This document shows positions 16,225-24,594 of a stretch of 28,474 nucleotides of DNA, one piece after another. The position numbers and the translations under genes were made by a program. The notes under the pieces were generated by a model that was given only the letters and a program-made list of their open reading frames with translations, had not been told where the DNA came from and did no database searches. Within the stretch, counting starts at the first letter, position 1; each line of letters starts with the position of its first letter. Origin of the DNA: a virus (Duplodnaviria; Caudoviricetes); IMG/VR virus record IMGVR_UViG_3300027806_000128, positions 1 to 28,474 of that record; one strand, 5' to 3'.

Positions 16225-16556
16225 TGCCAGAAGAAACAAGCTCCCAGAAGGGAGCCGCTGCTGAGCTTCGAGCCGCTGCTAGGTTGGTGAGTCTCGGGTG
16301 TCAGGTGTTCCTACCAACGGAACACAGCCACACCACAGATTTCGTATACAAACTTGACGGGGCTTATATGTCCGTTCAAGTCAAGAGCGGGCCTGAAAGC
16401 CCTGTGCCTGAACCAAACTTTAGGATGCGTGTAAGGTACGCTAGGGATGCCTTTGACGTTCTTATAGTATCCTCAAAGGACCGCGTGTGGTCTATACCGT
16501 GGGCAGAGGTACACGGCAAACCTCAGTTCCGACTTAAGAAAGAGTGGTTACTGTGA
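16224..16556 (+). CDS. PD-(D/E)XK endonuclease (group I intron-associated/PDDEXK_5-like), free-standing
   Basis: KGAAAE...G.QVFLP.....DFV.......VQVKS pattern. Confidence 0.8.
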   Translation: MPEETSSQKGAAAELRAAARLVSLGCQVFLPTEHSHTTDFVYKLDGAYMSVQVKSGPESPVPEPNFRMRVRYARDAFDVLIVSSKDRVWSIPWAEVHGKPQFRLKKEWLL

Positions 16557-16795
16557 ATAGAGATAAACCTGAAAGCGTAGACGGCTGGATTCAACCAAAC
16601 GAGTATTCTTTCTGCGGTCGCTGTGGGCACCCTGATTCGTGCGTATATGGGGATCAGACGATTTACTGCCAAGGATTTGGAGAATGCCAAAGTTCCGAAG
16701 GACATACTAGATTCTTGCATCGGCAAAAGGTGGGTATGTATCGAAAGTCGATTGGAATGCCTCGACTCTTTTGGATGAAAGGTATAAATGAATAA
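16553..16795 (+). CDS. small Cys-rich hypothetical protein
   Basis: GTGA overlap with the previous stop; CGRC...C...C...C. Confidence 0.55.
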   Translation: MNRDKPESVDGWIQPNEYSFCGRCGHPDSCVYGDQTIYCQGFGECQSSEGHTRFLHRQKVGMYRKSIGMPRLFWMKGINE

Positions 16796-17558
16796 ACGCA
16801 TTGCTTTGATTGACGGTGATGTTTACACATACCGTGCAGCAGCGGCGTGTCAGACAGTAATCGAATGGGAGCCGGGTCAGTTTACTGGATCGGCAGATAT
16901 TGCAAAAGCCAAGGACCACTTTAAGACTGCCATTAAACGCACTGTGGAGCATCTTAAAGCTGACCCATCTGCTACCATCATCGCCATGTCCCCCAAGGAA
17001 GGGCGATACTGGCGGCACGATATCTACCCGGCCTATAAGTCCAACCGACTGCAAGCCTCTCCCGTCGTCCTTACGGCCCTTCGGGATTGGGTGCGGGGCC
17101 TTAAGTACAGCCTAACGATTGACACACTAGAGGGGGATGATGTTCTCGGGATTGAGGCCAGCAGGCCGAACCCCGAGGGACACACCCGGATCGTGTGTAG
17201 CCCCGATAAAGACATGGCACAGTTGCCGTGCGACCTCTACAACCCCGTTACACAGACGTACCTCCCACACCTTGAAGGATGCCGTGGGTGGCTCTTCCAC
17301 ATGATCCAGACCCTTACGGGGGACCGGGTTGATGGCTACCCCGGATGCCCCGGTATGGGTCCCCAGCGTGCCGCTAAGTTGCTGCTGGATGCTAAGACTC
17401 CCGCAGAGGCGTGGGAGCGTGTCCTCAAGGCGTATGAGAAGGCCGGGCAGACCGCCGAGGTCGCCCTTGTGCAGGCCCGCATTGCTAAGATTCTTCTTCA
17501 CAACGATTGGGACGGTAAGACTGTCCGACTTTGGAGCATTGATAATGAGTCAGTTTGA
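16788..17558 (+). CDS. 5'-3' exonuclease (gp6-like)
   Basis: LIDGD, YKSNR, LEGDDVLG, SPDKD, GDRVDGYPGCPGMG. Confidence 0.97.
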   Translation: MNKRIALIDGDVYTYRAAAACQTVIEWEPGQFTGSADIAKAKDHFKTAIKRTVEHLKADPSATIIAMSPKEGRYWRHDIYPAYKSNRLQASPVVLTALRDWVRGLKYSLTIDTLEGDDVLGIEASRPNPEGHTRIVCSPDKDMAQLPCDLYNPVTQTYLPHLEGCRGWLFHMIQTLTGDRVDGYPGCPGMGPQRAAKLLLDAKTPAEAWERVLKAYEKAGQTAEVALVQARIAKILLHNDWDGKTVRLWSIDNESV

Positions 17559-18099
17559 TAGCGTAAAAGATTCCGGTGCCCGTGAAGAGTTTGCCACAGG
17601 GTCCCGAAGGGACACAAGGGATGGAAAAGGTCGTTATGAGCTTGTCTCTCCTATTGTGATGCAGCGGGATGCTGTGCACCTTGAGAACGGTGCCAACAAG
17701 TACGGGGACCGGAACTGGGAAAAAGGCCAGCCCCTCTCTCGGTACATTGACTCGGCCCTTCGGCATACCTACAAGCTTCTTCAAGGATTTGTAGACGAAG
17801 ACCACGCTTCGGCTGCCCGTTGGAACCTTGCCGCATTTATCCACACGCAAGAGATGATCCGCCGTGGAAAGCTCCCAAAGGAGCTGGATGATATGCCTAA
17901 CTTTGGTGAGGGGCCGCAAGAGCCTGAGCCAACGGTTAAGGTTGGAGGTGTTCTTACAAAACTGGTCCAACGTCCCGGTCCTGATTTTCTCCTTGTCCCC
18001 AAGGACAGCACACAGTTAAAGAGAGGAGCCAATCTTCCCCCTCCTGTGTATAATGAATACAGTGCCGCCCGTGTTTCCGCCCCAAGGACCCTCCCATGA
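17545..18099 (+). CDS. dATP/dGTP diphosphohydrolase domain protein (DUF5664)
   Basis: GKGRYELV...GANKYGDRNWEKG...SALRH...EDHASAARWN; GGAG SD. Confidence 0.9.
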   Translation: MSQFDSVKDSGAREEFATGSRRDTRDGKGRYELVSPIVMQRDAVHLENGANKYGDRNWEKGQPLSRYIDSALRHTYKLLQGFVDEDHASAARWNLAAFIHTQEMIRRGKLPKELDDMPNFGEGPQEPEPTVKVGGVLTKLVQRPGPDFLLVPKDSTQLKRGANLPPPVYNEYSAARVSAPRTLP

Positions 18100-18491
18100 A
18101 TAGACCAAACATGAAACCCGGTAAAGCATATATCCTTGGCCCAATGACGGGGTACCCTGACGACAACAGAGCGGCCTTTAGGAAAGCCCGTAAAGAACTG
18201 CAAGAACTCGGTTGGACCGTTGTGTGTCCTGAGGAGCTTGACACCACCCAGCCCCTCACCAATCCAACGTGGTCCGATTATATGCGGCGTGATATTCCGC
18301 TGCTCATGGGCGTTCAGGTTGGCTTCGCCCTTCCGGGCTGGAAGAAGTCTCGGGGAGCTACCCTTGAGGCTACGATCCTTAATGCCCTTGGGGTTCCTGT
18401 GGCAGACTTTGCAACCGGCCTGATGTATGAACCCGGAACCCTTCCGGCTCCTAAGCATCCCACAGAGGTTCCTGTTGCAATCCATCAATAA
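18096..18491 (+). CDS. DUF4406 / nucleoside 2-deoxyribosyltransferase-like protein
   Basis: YILGPMTG...NRAAF...W.DYMRRDI...LPGWKKSRGATLE. Confidence 0.9.
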   Translation: MNRPNMKPGKAYILGPMTGYPDDNRAAFRKARKELQELGWTVVCPEELDTTQPLTNPTWSDYMRRDIPLLMGVQVGFALPGWKKSRGATLEATILNALGVPVADFATGLMYEPGTLPAPKHPTEVPVAIHQ

Positions 18492-18528
18492 CGTGCAACC
18501 CTAACAAGAAAGGTAGTCTGTATAGTAT

Positions 18529-18723
18529 ATGCTCCCAGAGTACCCTCATCTAACCACTCAGTTTCTCGAAGCCTTGCGTGCAAGGTACCCTCGAAAACCA
18601 GTCTCTCCGACCGACACGCTTGAATCTATTATGTTTGAGGCGGGCAAGCAATCCTTGCTCGACCACCTTACAGCGGCTAAAGCGGCCCAAGATCGGAGCC
18701 AGAGTGTCCAAAAGGAACAATAA
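18529..18723 (+). CDS. conserved small T7-like phage protein at the start of the late module
   Basis: FLEALRARYP...IMFEAGKQSLLDHL pattern; syntenic. Confidence 0.75.
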   Translation: MLPEYPHLTTQFLEALRARYPRKPVSPTDTLESIMFEAGKQSLLDHLTAAKAAQDRSQSVQKEQ

Positions 18724-18936
18724 ATGTGTATGCCGAGTGCTAGACTTCCACCCACTCCTCCCGCCCCTCCACCTCCCCCAACGCCTCTTGAGTTGAACGA
18801 TCAGATCGCTCCGCTCACTGGAGGGAAGCGTAAAGATGCCCCAAAGGGCACCGCCCCCATCATCCCTAAAGGGACCAACAGTGGCCTTAATCTTCAAGAC
18901 TTAATGCCGCAACGTATTGGAGGGCTGACACTTTGA
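18724..18936 (+). CDS. small virion protein (gp6.7/7.3-like)
   Basis: MC start, Pro-rich, directly upstream of the portal; AAGGA SD. Confidence 0.7.
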   Translation: MCMPSARLPPTPPAPPPPPTPLELNDQIAPLTGGKRKDAPKGTAPIIPKGTNSGLNLQDLMPQRIGGLTL

Positions 18937-20528
18937 GCATGGATAACGAATCCGGGGACCCGACCGCAGAATATGTCTCGATTGTGTCCCGCTACGATAC
19001 CCTTTCCGCTGACCGTGAGATGATCCTAGATCGTGCTAGGACAGCCGCAAGGTACACCCTTCCGTATATGTTTCCCCCTACGGGGATCAACCAGACAAGC
19101 CGCCTTCCTGTGCCGTGGCAGTCGGTGTGTGCTAAAGCAGTAACACACCTGACAGCCCGTATCGTCCTTGTCCTTACGTCCCCCGGCACGCCCTACTTTA
19201 AACTTGCACTCACCCCGTCGTATCTTAAGGATATCGACAAGGATACTCAGAAAGAGTTTGAGACTGCCCTCTCTAACGCTGCTACGCTAATCATGCAGCA
19301 GCAGGAAAGCCGTGCAGAGCGTGTAACAATCCATGAATGCGTCAAGCATCTGATTGTTGCGGGCAACGGGCTTCTCTATGAAGGTCCCAAGTCCCTTAAG
19401 TTCTTCCCTCTGTCGCAATACTGCGTTGTTAGGGACGGTGAAGGGAACCTTGTTGAAGTCGTCATCAAAGAGTCCTTGACTTGGCAGACGCTTCCTCCTG
19501 ATATGGGGGATGATGTCAAACAGAAGATCAAGTCTGACTACGAGAGCGAGCATGAGGGTAAGGACGTTGATGCAGAGCCACTTGAACTCTACACAAGGGC
19601 CGTAAAGACTGGCCCAAACAAGTGGGAAGAGAAACAAGAAATCTGCGGCTGTGATATTACAGGGGAACCTGTAACGTACACTGACGAGACCTTCCCGTAC
19701 CTTGCCTTGCGGTGGAACCGTATCGACGGGGAACACTACGGTAGGTCGCTCTGCGAAGAGCATCTTGGGGATATCCGAGCAATCGAAGCTCTTAGCATGT
19801 CCCTTATCCGGTACGCTAAGAAAGCCTCAAAGCTCCTTATGCTGGTCTCTCCGAACGGACAGACAGCCATTGAGGACCTGCAAGGTGCTGCTGATGGTGC
19901 TTATGTCCCCGGCCTTGCCGACGACGTAGTGCCGCTGATCCTTAACAAAACAGCGGACCTGAACGTGGCGGCTCAGATGCTTGATAAGCTTGTCAACCGC
20001 CTTGAGACCGCCTTCCTAGTTGCTTCGTCTATCCAAAGGGATGCCGAGAGGCAGACCGCGACGGAGTGGAAGCTTCTTGCGTCAGAGCTTGAGAACGCCT
20101 TTAGCGGCGTTTACTCGACCCTTGCGTTAGAGCTTCAGCGTCCTAAGGTATCCTTAACGATCCAAAGGATGATCGCTAAGAAGGAGCTTCCCCCGCTCCC
20201 TACGAAGCTCGTCAACCTCTCTATCGTAACTGGCATCGACGCTCTCGGGCGTAACGAAGAAGCATCTAAGATGGATGCCTTTGTTAGTATGATGATTAAC
20301 CAGTTTGGTACTAACGCCATTGCATCTATGAAGGTTGAAGACTACATGAGAGGCCGTGCGGCCCTCGGTGGTATCAACTTTGATATCTACCTTAAGACCC
20401 CAGAAGAACGCCAAGCCGAACAGCAGCAGGCCCAGCAGCAGTCCCTTCTTGAGAAGGCTGCCGGTCCCGGCGTAACCGCCATTGGGCGATTGCAGCAAGC
20501 TTCGATGGCTAATCAGGAACCACAATGA
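18933..20528 (+). CDS. portal / head-tail connector (gp8)
   Basis: YTLPY..P, PWQS, HLIVAGN, VRDGEGN, GEHYGRS, RDAERQTATE, TGIDALGR. Confidence 0.97.
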   Translation: MSMDNESGDPTAEYVSIVSRYDTLSADREMILDRARTAARYTLPYMFPPTGINQTSRLPVPWQSVCAKAVTHLTARIVLVLTSPGTPYFKLALTPSYLKDIDKDTQKEFETALSNAATLIMQQQESRAERVTIHECVKHLIVAGNGLLYEGPKSLKFFPLSQYCVVRDGEGNLVEVVIKESLTWQTLPPDMGDDVKQKIKSDYESEHEGKDVDAEPLELYTRAVKTGPNKWEEKQEICGCDITGEPVTYTDETFPYLALRWNRIDGEHYGRSLCEEHLGDIRAIEALSMSLIRYAKKASKLLMLVSPNGQTAIEDLQGAADGAYVPGLADDVVPLILNKTADLNVAAQMLDKLVNRLETAFLVASSIQRDAERQTATEWKLLASELENAFSGVYSTLALELQRPKVSLTIQRMIAKKELPPLPTKLVNLSIVTGIDALGRNEEASKMDAFVSMMINQFGTNAIASMKVEDYMRGRAALGGINFDIYLKTPEERQAEQQQAQQQSLLEKAAGPGVTAIGRLQQASMANQEPQ

Positions 20529-21226
20529 CTCCAGAAGAAAAAGACCCCAAAGAAATGAGCCTAGAGGAAGTTAGTGCAGCCCTTGCTGCTAAGTTTCCCG
20601 ATAGTGTCTCTAAGTCCCCCGCCGCTTCCCCAAAGAACGAAGAGGTTACCGACGATACCGTAGCGACCCCTGAGGTTCCCGCAGAGGAGCCGAAGACCGA
20701 AGGCAAGGTTGACTTCTCCAAAGTGCGAAGCACCATTGCCGAAGGTAAGGAACTGGACGCATCTACCCTAGCATCCCTTGAGGCCATCGGCATCGACAAG
20801 GACACCCTTAACGACGTTGTGGCCTCCTACAAGAACCGTGCGGCTACTATTGATGCCGCTGTTATGAAAGCAGCAGGGACTAAAGAAGAGTACGACAAGG
20901 CCGCTGCGTGGGCCAAGGATGAACTCTCCGATAAGGCCCGTGAAAAGTACAACAAGGATATCATGGGTGCCGATCCCGCTGCCCGTGATGCCGCCGTTAA
21001 GAATCTTATGACACTGTATCGTACCGCGTCCGGTACGGCTGCCCCTGTCGTCCCTAAGGTCCCTACAAGGATCGTAGGCGGTGCTACTACGGGCGGGGGC
21101 GTTAAGCCTATCACCCGTTCCGAGTTCATCGCGGCTCGCAATAGCCCCGAATGGAAAAACGAAGCTTTCCAACAGAAGATTCTTGCCCGTCTTGCCGCTA
21201 CTAACCCCGATGATTTAGGATTCTAA
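20525..21226 (+). CDS. capsid assembly scaffolding protein (gp9)
   Basis: Acidic N-terminus, AGTKEEYDKAAAWA...YN; follows the portal. Confidence 0.9.
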   Translation: MTPEEKDPKEMSLEEVSAALAAKFPDSVSKSPAASPKNEEVTDDTVATPEVPAEEPKTEGKVDFSKVRSTIAEGKELDASTLASLEAIGIDKDTLNDVVASYKNRAATIDAAVMKAAGTKEEYDKAAAWAKDELSDKAREKYNKDIMGADPAARDAAVKNLMTLYRTASGTAAPVVPKVPTRIVGGATTGGGVKPITRSEFIAARNSPEWKNEAFQQKILARLAATNPDDLGF

Positions 21227-21229
21227 ACT

Positions 21230-21481
21230 ATGAACATTGCTTTTTCTCTCGCCCAAGTTGCCACTGATGTCCCCGTTGAAGTCCCTACCGAAGTTGTTAG
21301 CTCGGCCCCTACGTGGGCTGCTATCACTCTTGCGGTCCTTGCGATCCTTGGGGGACTCCCCGTTGTTCTGAAGGCTCTCGCTGCGGTCATCCCCGGCGAT
21401 AAGGATGATGCTGTGATCGGTAAGATCATCAGCGGTATCGAGTGGTTGCGTAACGTTCTTAACCCCAAACCCAAAGCCTAA
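21230..21481 (+). CDS. putative holin
   Basis: TM segment WAAITLAVLAILGGLPVVLKALAAVIP, DKDD turn, amphipathic helix, basic C-terminus; precedes the spanins. Confidence 0.6.
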   Translation: MNIAFSLAQVATDVPVEVPTEVVSSAPTWAAITLAVLAILGGLPVVLKALAAVIPGDKDDAVIGKIISGIEWLRNVLNPKPKA

Positions 21482-21484
21482 GAC

Positions 21485-21718
21485 ATGATAACCGCTGTAA
21501 TGACATGGCTGACCGCCTTCTTTACGGCGGTTTCGTCGTTTCTGAAAAACCTAACCGAGACCCGGCTGATCGAGCTAGGTGAACTCCGTACTAAACAGGA
21601 GCAAGCTAATGCTGCTGCCGAAGACCGTAGGGTGGCTAAAAAGATTGACGCTGCCCCTACTCCTGACCGGAGTGTTATTCTTAACAGCCTGCGGGACCCA
21701 AAAAGCGGCAAACTGTGA
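21485..21718 (+). CDS. putative i-spanin (Rz-like)
   Basis: N-terminal hydrophobic anchor plus coiled-coil; overlapped by a lipoprotein gene in the +1 frame. Confidence 0.65.
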   Translation: MITAVMTWLTAFFTAVSSFLKNLTETRLIELGELRTKQEQANAAAEDRRVAKKIDAAPTPDRSVILNSLRDPKSGKL

Positions 21719-21851
21719 TTGGGTTAAACCCATCTACTTTTCCGACGAAACCCTACAGTGGCTTGACAAACAAGAATGGCCTCCTACACTTGCTTACGAT
21801 CTTGATAAGATCAACAAGCACAACCAGAAAGTAAATGAAATACTCAAATGA
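21609..21851 (+). CDS. putative o-spanin lipoprotein (Rz1-like)
   Basis: Signal KRLTLPLLLTGVLFLTA|C lipobox; C.WVKPIYFS...I.KHN; GGAG SD. Confidence 0.75.
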   Translation: MLLPKTVGWLKRLTLPLLLTGVLFLTACGTQKAANCDWVKPIYFSDETLQWLDKQEWPPTLAYDLDKINKHNQKVNEILK

Positions 21852-22228
21852 TTCCCACTAGAACCAGTGAAACTGTTGTTGTTGCCGCCCCAGGAACAGC
21901 CTTTGGACAGGTTTATCGAAATACGGGAAACACGGATAACGTACCAGTAGCATTCGTTGCTCCAGTCGGGGCTATTCCGGGTACCTTCAGTGTTCTCGCC
22001 CTCTTGGAGGGGAGTATGGACGGACTACAATGGCTGAACGTCGCGGTCTCCCCTGTGATTACATCCGCCGCAAACACTACTGGTTCCCAGTCGCTACAGC
22101 CCGTTAATATTAGCCACATTTTCAACGGCCACCCCGGTACAGGTGCGTATAGCTTTCCATTTCTTCGCGTCAGATATGATGCCTCTGGCACTGGAACCGC
22201 CACCTTTATCACCCATCTCAGCTACTAA
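21848..22228 (+). CDS. beta-sandwich protein, putative head decoration/vertex protein
   Basis: LEGSMDG..W and PFLRVRY jelly-roll-type motifs; Thr/Ala/Gly-rich; adjacent to the capsid gene. Confidence 0.55.
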   Translation: MIPTRTSETVVVAAPGTAFGQVYRNTGNTDNVPVAFVAPVGAIPGTFSVLALLEGSMDGLQWLNVAVSPVITSAANTTGSQSLQPVNISHIFNGHPGTGAYSFPFLRVRYDASGTGTATFITHLSY

Positions 22229-22249
22229 CCCCCTTTAAGGATTTTATAA

Positions 22250-23332
22250 ATGTCAACAGTTTTCCCGACTCGTCCCGGCCAGAAGAACCTTACGTCCAAT
22301 GAGAAGGCTCTGTTCCTTCGCATGTTCGAGGGCGAGACTATGGCCCAGTTCGAACAGAACAACGTTCTGATGAACAGCCACCGCGTCCTCAGTATTAAGA
22401 ACGGTAAGAGTCAGACCTTCCCGGTCCTTGGGCAGCTCACTGCTCAGTACCATGCAATCGGCACGTTCCAAGACGGTGCTGGGCAGGCGTTGCAGCAGAG
22501 TGAACGCACGATCAGCGTTGACAACCTGCTTGTGAGCCATGTCTACATTGCAAAGATTGAAGAGGCGTTGCAGCGTGCCGACCTTCGCGGGATGTATTCC
22601 GAAGAGATGGGCAACGCCCTGCGGCGTGCCTTCGAGAACCGCGTGTTCCGCACCGCCGTCAACGCCGCACGCCAGCCTTCCGCCCTCTCGGGCCTTAACC
22701 CGGCTACGGGTAAGAAGTACGTGGGTGGTGGGCAGATTTCGCTGGGTGTCGCTACGGGCACTGCACCGACTGCGGCCAACCTCCGCTCGGCCTTCCTTGC
22801 GGCCTGCGAAGCGTTCGATAACAAGTTTGTTCCTCAGGATAGCCGCGTCTGCTACCTGCCTGTCAACGCTTACTACCAGTGGTTCAACGGGGCCTCGGCG
22901 GGTGAGCTGTCCCAGATCAATAGGGACGTTGGCGGTGCTGGCGATCTTAACAAGGCGTACATCCCGAGCTTTGCTGGTATTGAGATTCGTAAGACCACGA
23001 ACCTCCCGACCCTTGCGATCACTGCGGCTGACGTTATTGAAGGCCGCACAGGTGCAAGCGGTACCGAGAACGTTCGCGTTCCCACCGCGTCGGAGTCGGA
23101 TGTTCCGAGCGTCTACACGGGCGACTTCACGGCTACCCGTGGCCTGTTCATGCATAAGGATGCAGTGGCTACCGTGAAGCTCATGGATATTCATGCTGAG
23201 GAGGAGTACTCGGCTCCCCGTAAGTCCACGTATCTGTCGGCTCAGTATGCGATGGGCCACGGTGTCCTTCGCCCCGAGGCGGCTCTTGAGATTATTTCTG
23301 GTGGCACTGCCGGTGCGATCACCAACTTCTAA
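22250..23332 (+). CDS. major capsid protein (gp10A)
   Basis: ALFLRMFEGE, I.NGKSQTFPVLG, ISVDNLL, YSEEMGNAL, YAMGHGVLRPEAA. Confidence 0.98.
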   Translation: MSTVFPTRPGQKNLTSNEKALFLRMFEGETMAQFEQNNVLMNSHRVLSIKNGKSQTFPVLGQLTAQYHAIGTFQDGAGQALQQSERTISVDNLLVSHVYIAKIEEALQRADLRGMYSEEMGNALRRAFENRVFRTAVNAARQPSALSGLNPATGKKYVGGGQISLGVATGTAPTAANLRSAFLAACEAFDNKFVPQDSRVCYLPVNAYYQWFNGASAGELSQINRDVGGAGDLNKAYIPSFAGIEIRKTTNLPTLAITAADVIEGRTGASGTENVRVPTASESDVPSVYTGDFTATRGLFMHKDAVATVKLMDIHAEEEYSAPRKSTYLSAQYAMGHGVLRPEAALEIISGGTAGAITNF

Positions 23333-23385
23333 GTCTATCACGTACTTCTTGATTCCCTTCCGCCTCCTAACGAAAGAATAAATAC

Positions 23386-23952
23386 ATGGAACTCCATCCC
23401 CTGCGTACTCTTGGCATTGGTGCTACGCCTACCACGAACGGCTTTGTTGCCAGTGCCCTTCCGGTGCCCGATCTTTCTGTCAGCCCACCTACGTTTCCCG
23501 CAACGGCCCCCAATGCCAACAACGGCCTCGTCGGGCAGGACATCGACGTAGCACAACAGATTCTTCAGCTTGTTATCGTGAAGACAGCGGCCAATACCAA
23601 TACGTCGATTACGATTACACCCACTGTTTCGTATCCGAACGCTCCGACAACCTTTGTGTCCCTCCAGAACGCAACTGGTGGTACGCAGACGTATGTTATT
23701 GATACCACGGCCCAGATTGCCAACTGTTCGAGCGGTGCAGCCTTCAGTGCGGCGGCTGCTGGTAACGCAATCACCCTGAACATTCCCATCAATACTACGT
23801 CGAATATTCAGGCCAACCTCAACGACGGTTCGAGCCTTGCTGCGTCTGCCCAGCGTCGTATCTATGCCCTTCGAGCCGCTGTTACTGCGGCATCGGGCGG
23901 TTCTGGTACCGCTGCTGACTTTACGATCCTTGGACGTATCTTGCACAACTAA
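23386..23952 (+). CDS. putative capsid decoration / minor capsid protein
   Basis: Ala/Thr/Asn-rich beta protein between the capsid gene and the terminator; codon usage like the capsid gene. Confidence 0.6.
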   Translation: MELHPLRTLGIGATPTTNGFVASALPVPDLSVSPPTFPATAPNANNGLVGQDIDVAQQILQLVIVKTAANTNTSITITPTVSYPNAPTTFVSLQNATGGTQTYVIDTTAQIANCSSGAAFSAAAAGNAITLNIPINTTSNIQANLNDGSSLAASAQRRIYALRAAVTAASGGSGTAADFTILGRILHN

Positions 23953-23954
23953 AA

Positions 23955-23993
23955 ATAAGCCCCTATTGGTGAAAGCTAATAGGGGCTTTTATT
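23955..23993 (+). terminator. T-phi-like intrinsic terminator
   Basis: AAGCCCCTATTGGT-GAAA-GCTAATAGGGGCTT followed by TTATT; position equivalent to T7 T-phi. Confidence 0.9.
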
Positions 23994-24009
23994 CCCTTAA
24001 GGAGTCCTA

Positions 24010-24594
24010 ATGACTACACTAGAAGCTTTGTCCTCGATCCTTGCCACGATTGGCCGGGACCCGCCTTCATCCATCACAAGCCCGCTGTTCCCTGAGGCGG
24101 CTAAAGCTCTCCGGCTGTTGAATGAGAGCCGCCGCTCTGTTATCCGTAACGGGCTGTGGTTCAACATTGAGACTGACTACACCCTCGCAAGGGGCACGGA
24201 TAATACCGTGAACCTTCCCGTGGGGTGTATGGCAATCCGTATAAAGCCCCTAGCGTGGGATAAGAAGCCCCCCGTGGCCCGTGCGGGCAAACTCTACGAC
24301 GTTGAGAGCAAGACCTACCTGTTCTCTGAAAATCCCGTGGCTCTCCGAATGTCCCTTGATGTTCCCTTCGATGATCTGCCAGAGTCCGTGCAGCAGTACA
24401 TTATGATCCGCACGGCCCGCATCTTCGCGGCTGGTACCCTTGTATCCAATCCGCCCCTTGCGTACACGCGAGAGGACGAAGGAAGAGCAAGAGGAGAAAT
24501 GATGGCTGAGCATATCCGCAACTTCAACGGCAACGTTACTGCCGAAGATGGTAGTTGGCTGCTAGAGGAGGACCGTGATTATGAGAATATCTAA
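24010..24594 (+). CDS. tail tubular protein A (gp11)
   Basis: TTLEALSSILATIG..P, GLWFNIE, FDDLPESVQQYI..R.AR.F; TAAGGAG SD. Confidence 0.95.
   Translation: MTTLEALSSILATIGRDPPSSITSPLFPEAAKALRLLNESRRSVIRNGLWFNIETDYTLARGTDNTVNLPVGCMAIRIKPLAWDKKPPVARAGKLYDVESKTYLFSENPVALRMSLDVPFDDLPESVQQYIMIRTARIFAAGTLVSNPPLAYTREDEGRARGEMMAEHIRNFNGNVTAEDGSWLLEEDRDYENI

Noticed and set aside
17545-18099. 2-aminoadenine (Z) genome
   Set aside because: DUF5664 alone is widespread; no purZ or datZ in the window, and ordinary restriction-site avoidance suggests unmodified DNA.
22253-23341. 362-aa antisense ORF over the capsid gene (also 11132-11866 over SSB and 23338-23946)
   Set aside because: In-register antisense shadows caused by avoidance of TTA/CTA/TCA codons in highly expressed genes; no recognisable motifs.
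23300-23386. T7 10B-style -1 frameshift fusing capsid to the next gene
   Set aside because: The -1 frame has TGA at 23350-23352 before the downstream ATG, and no clear slippery site is present.
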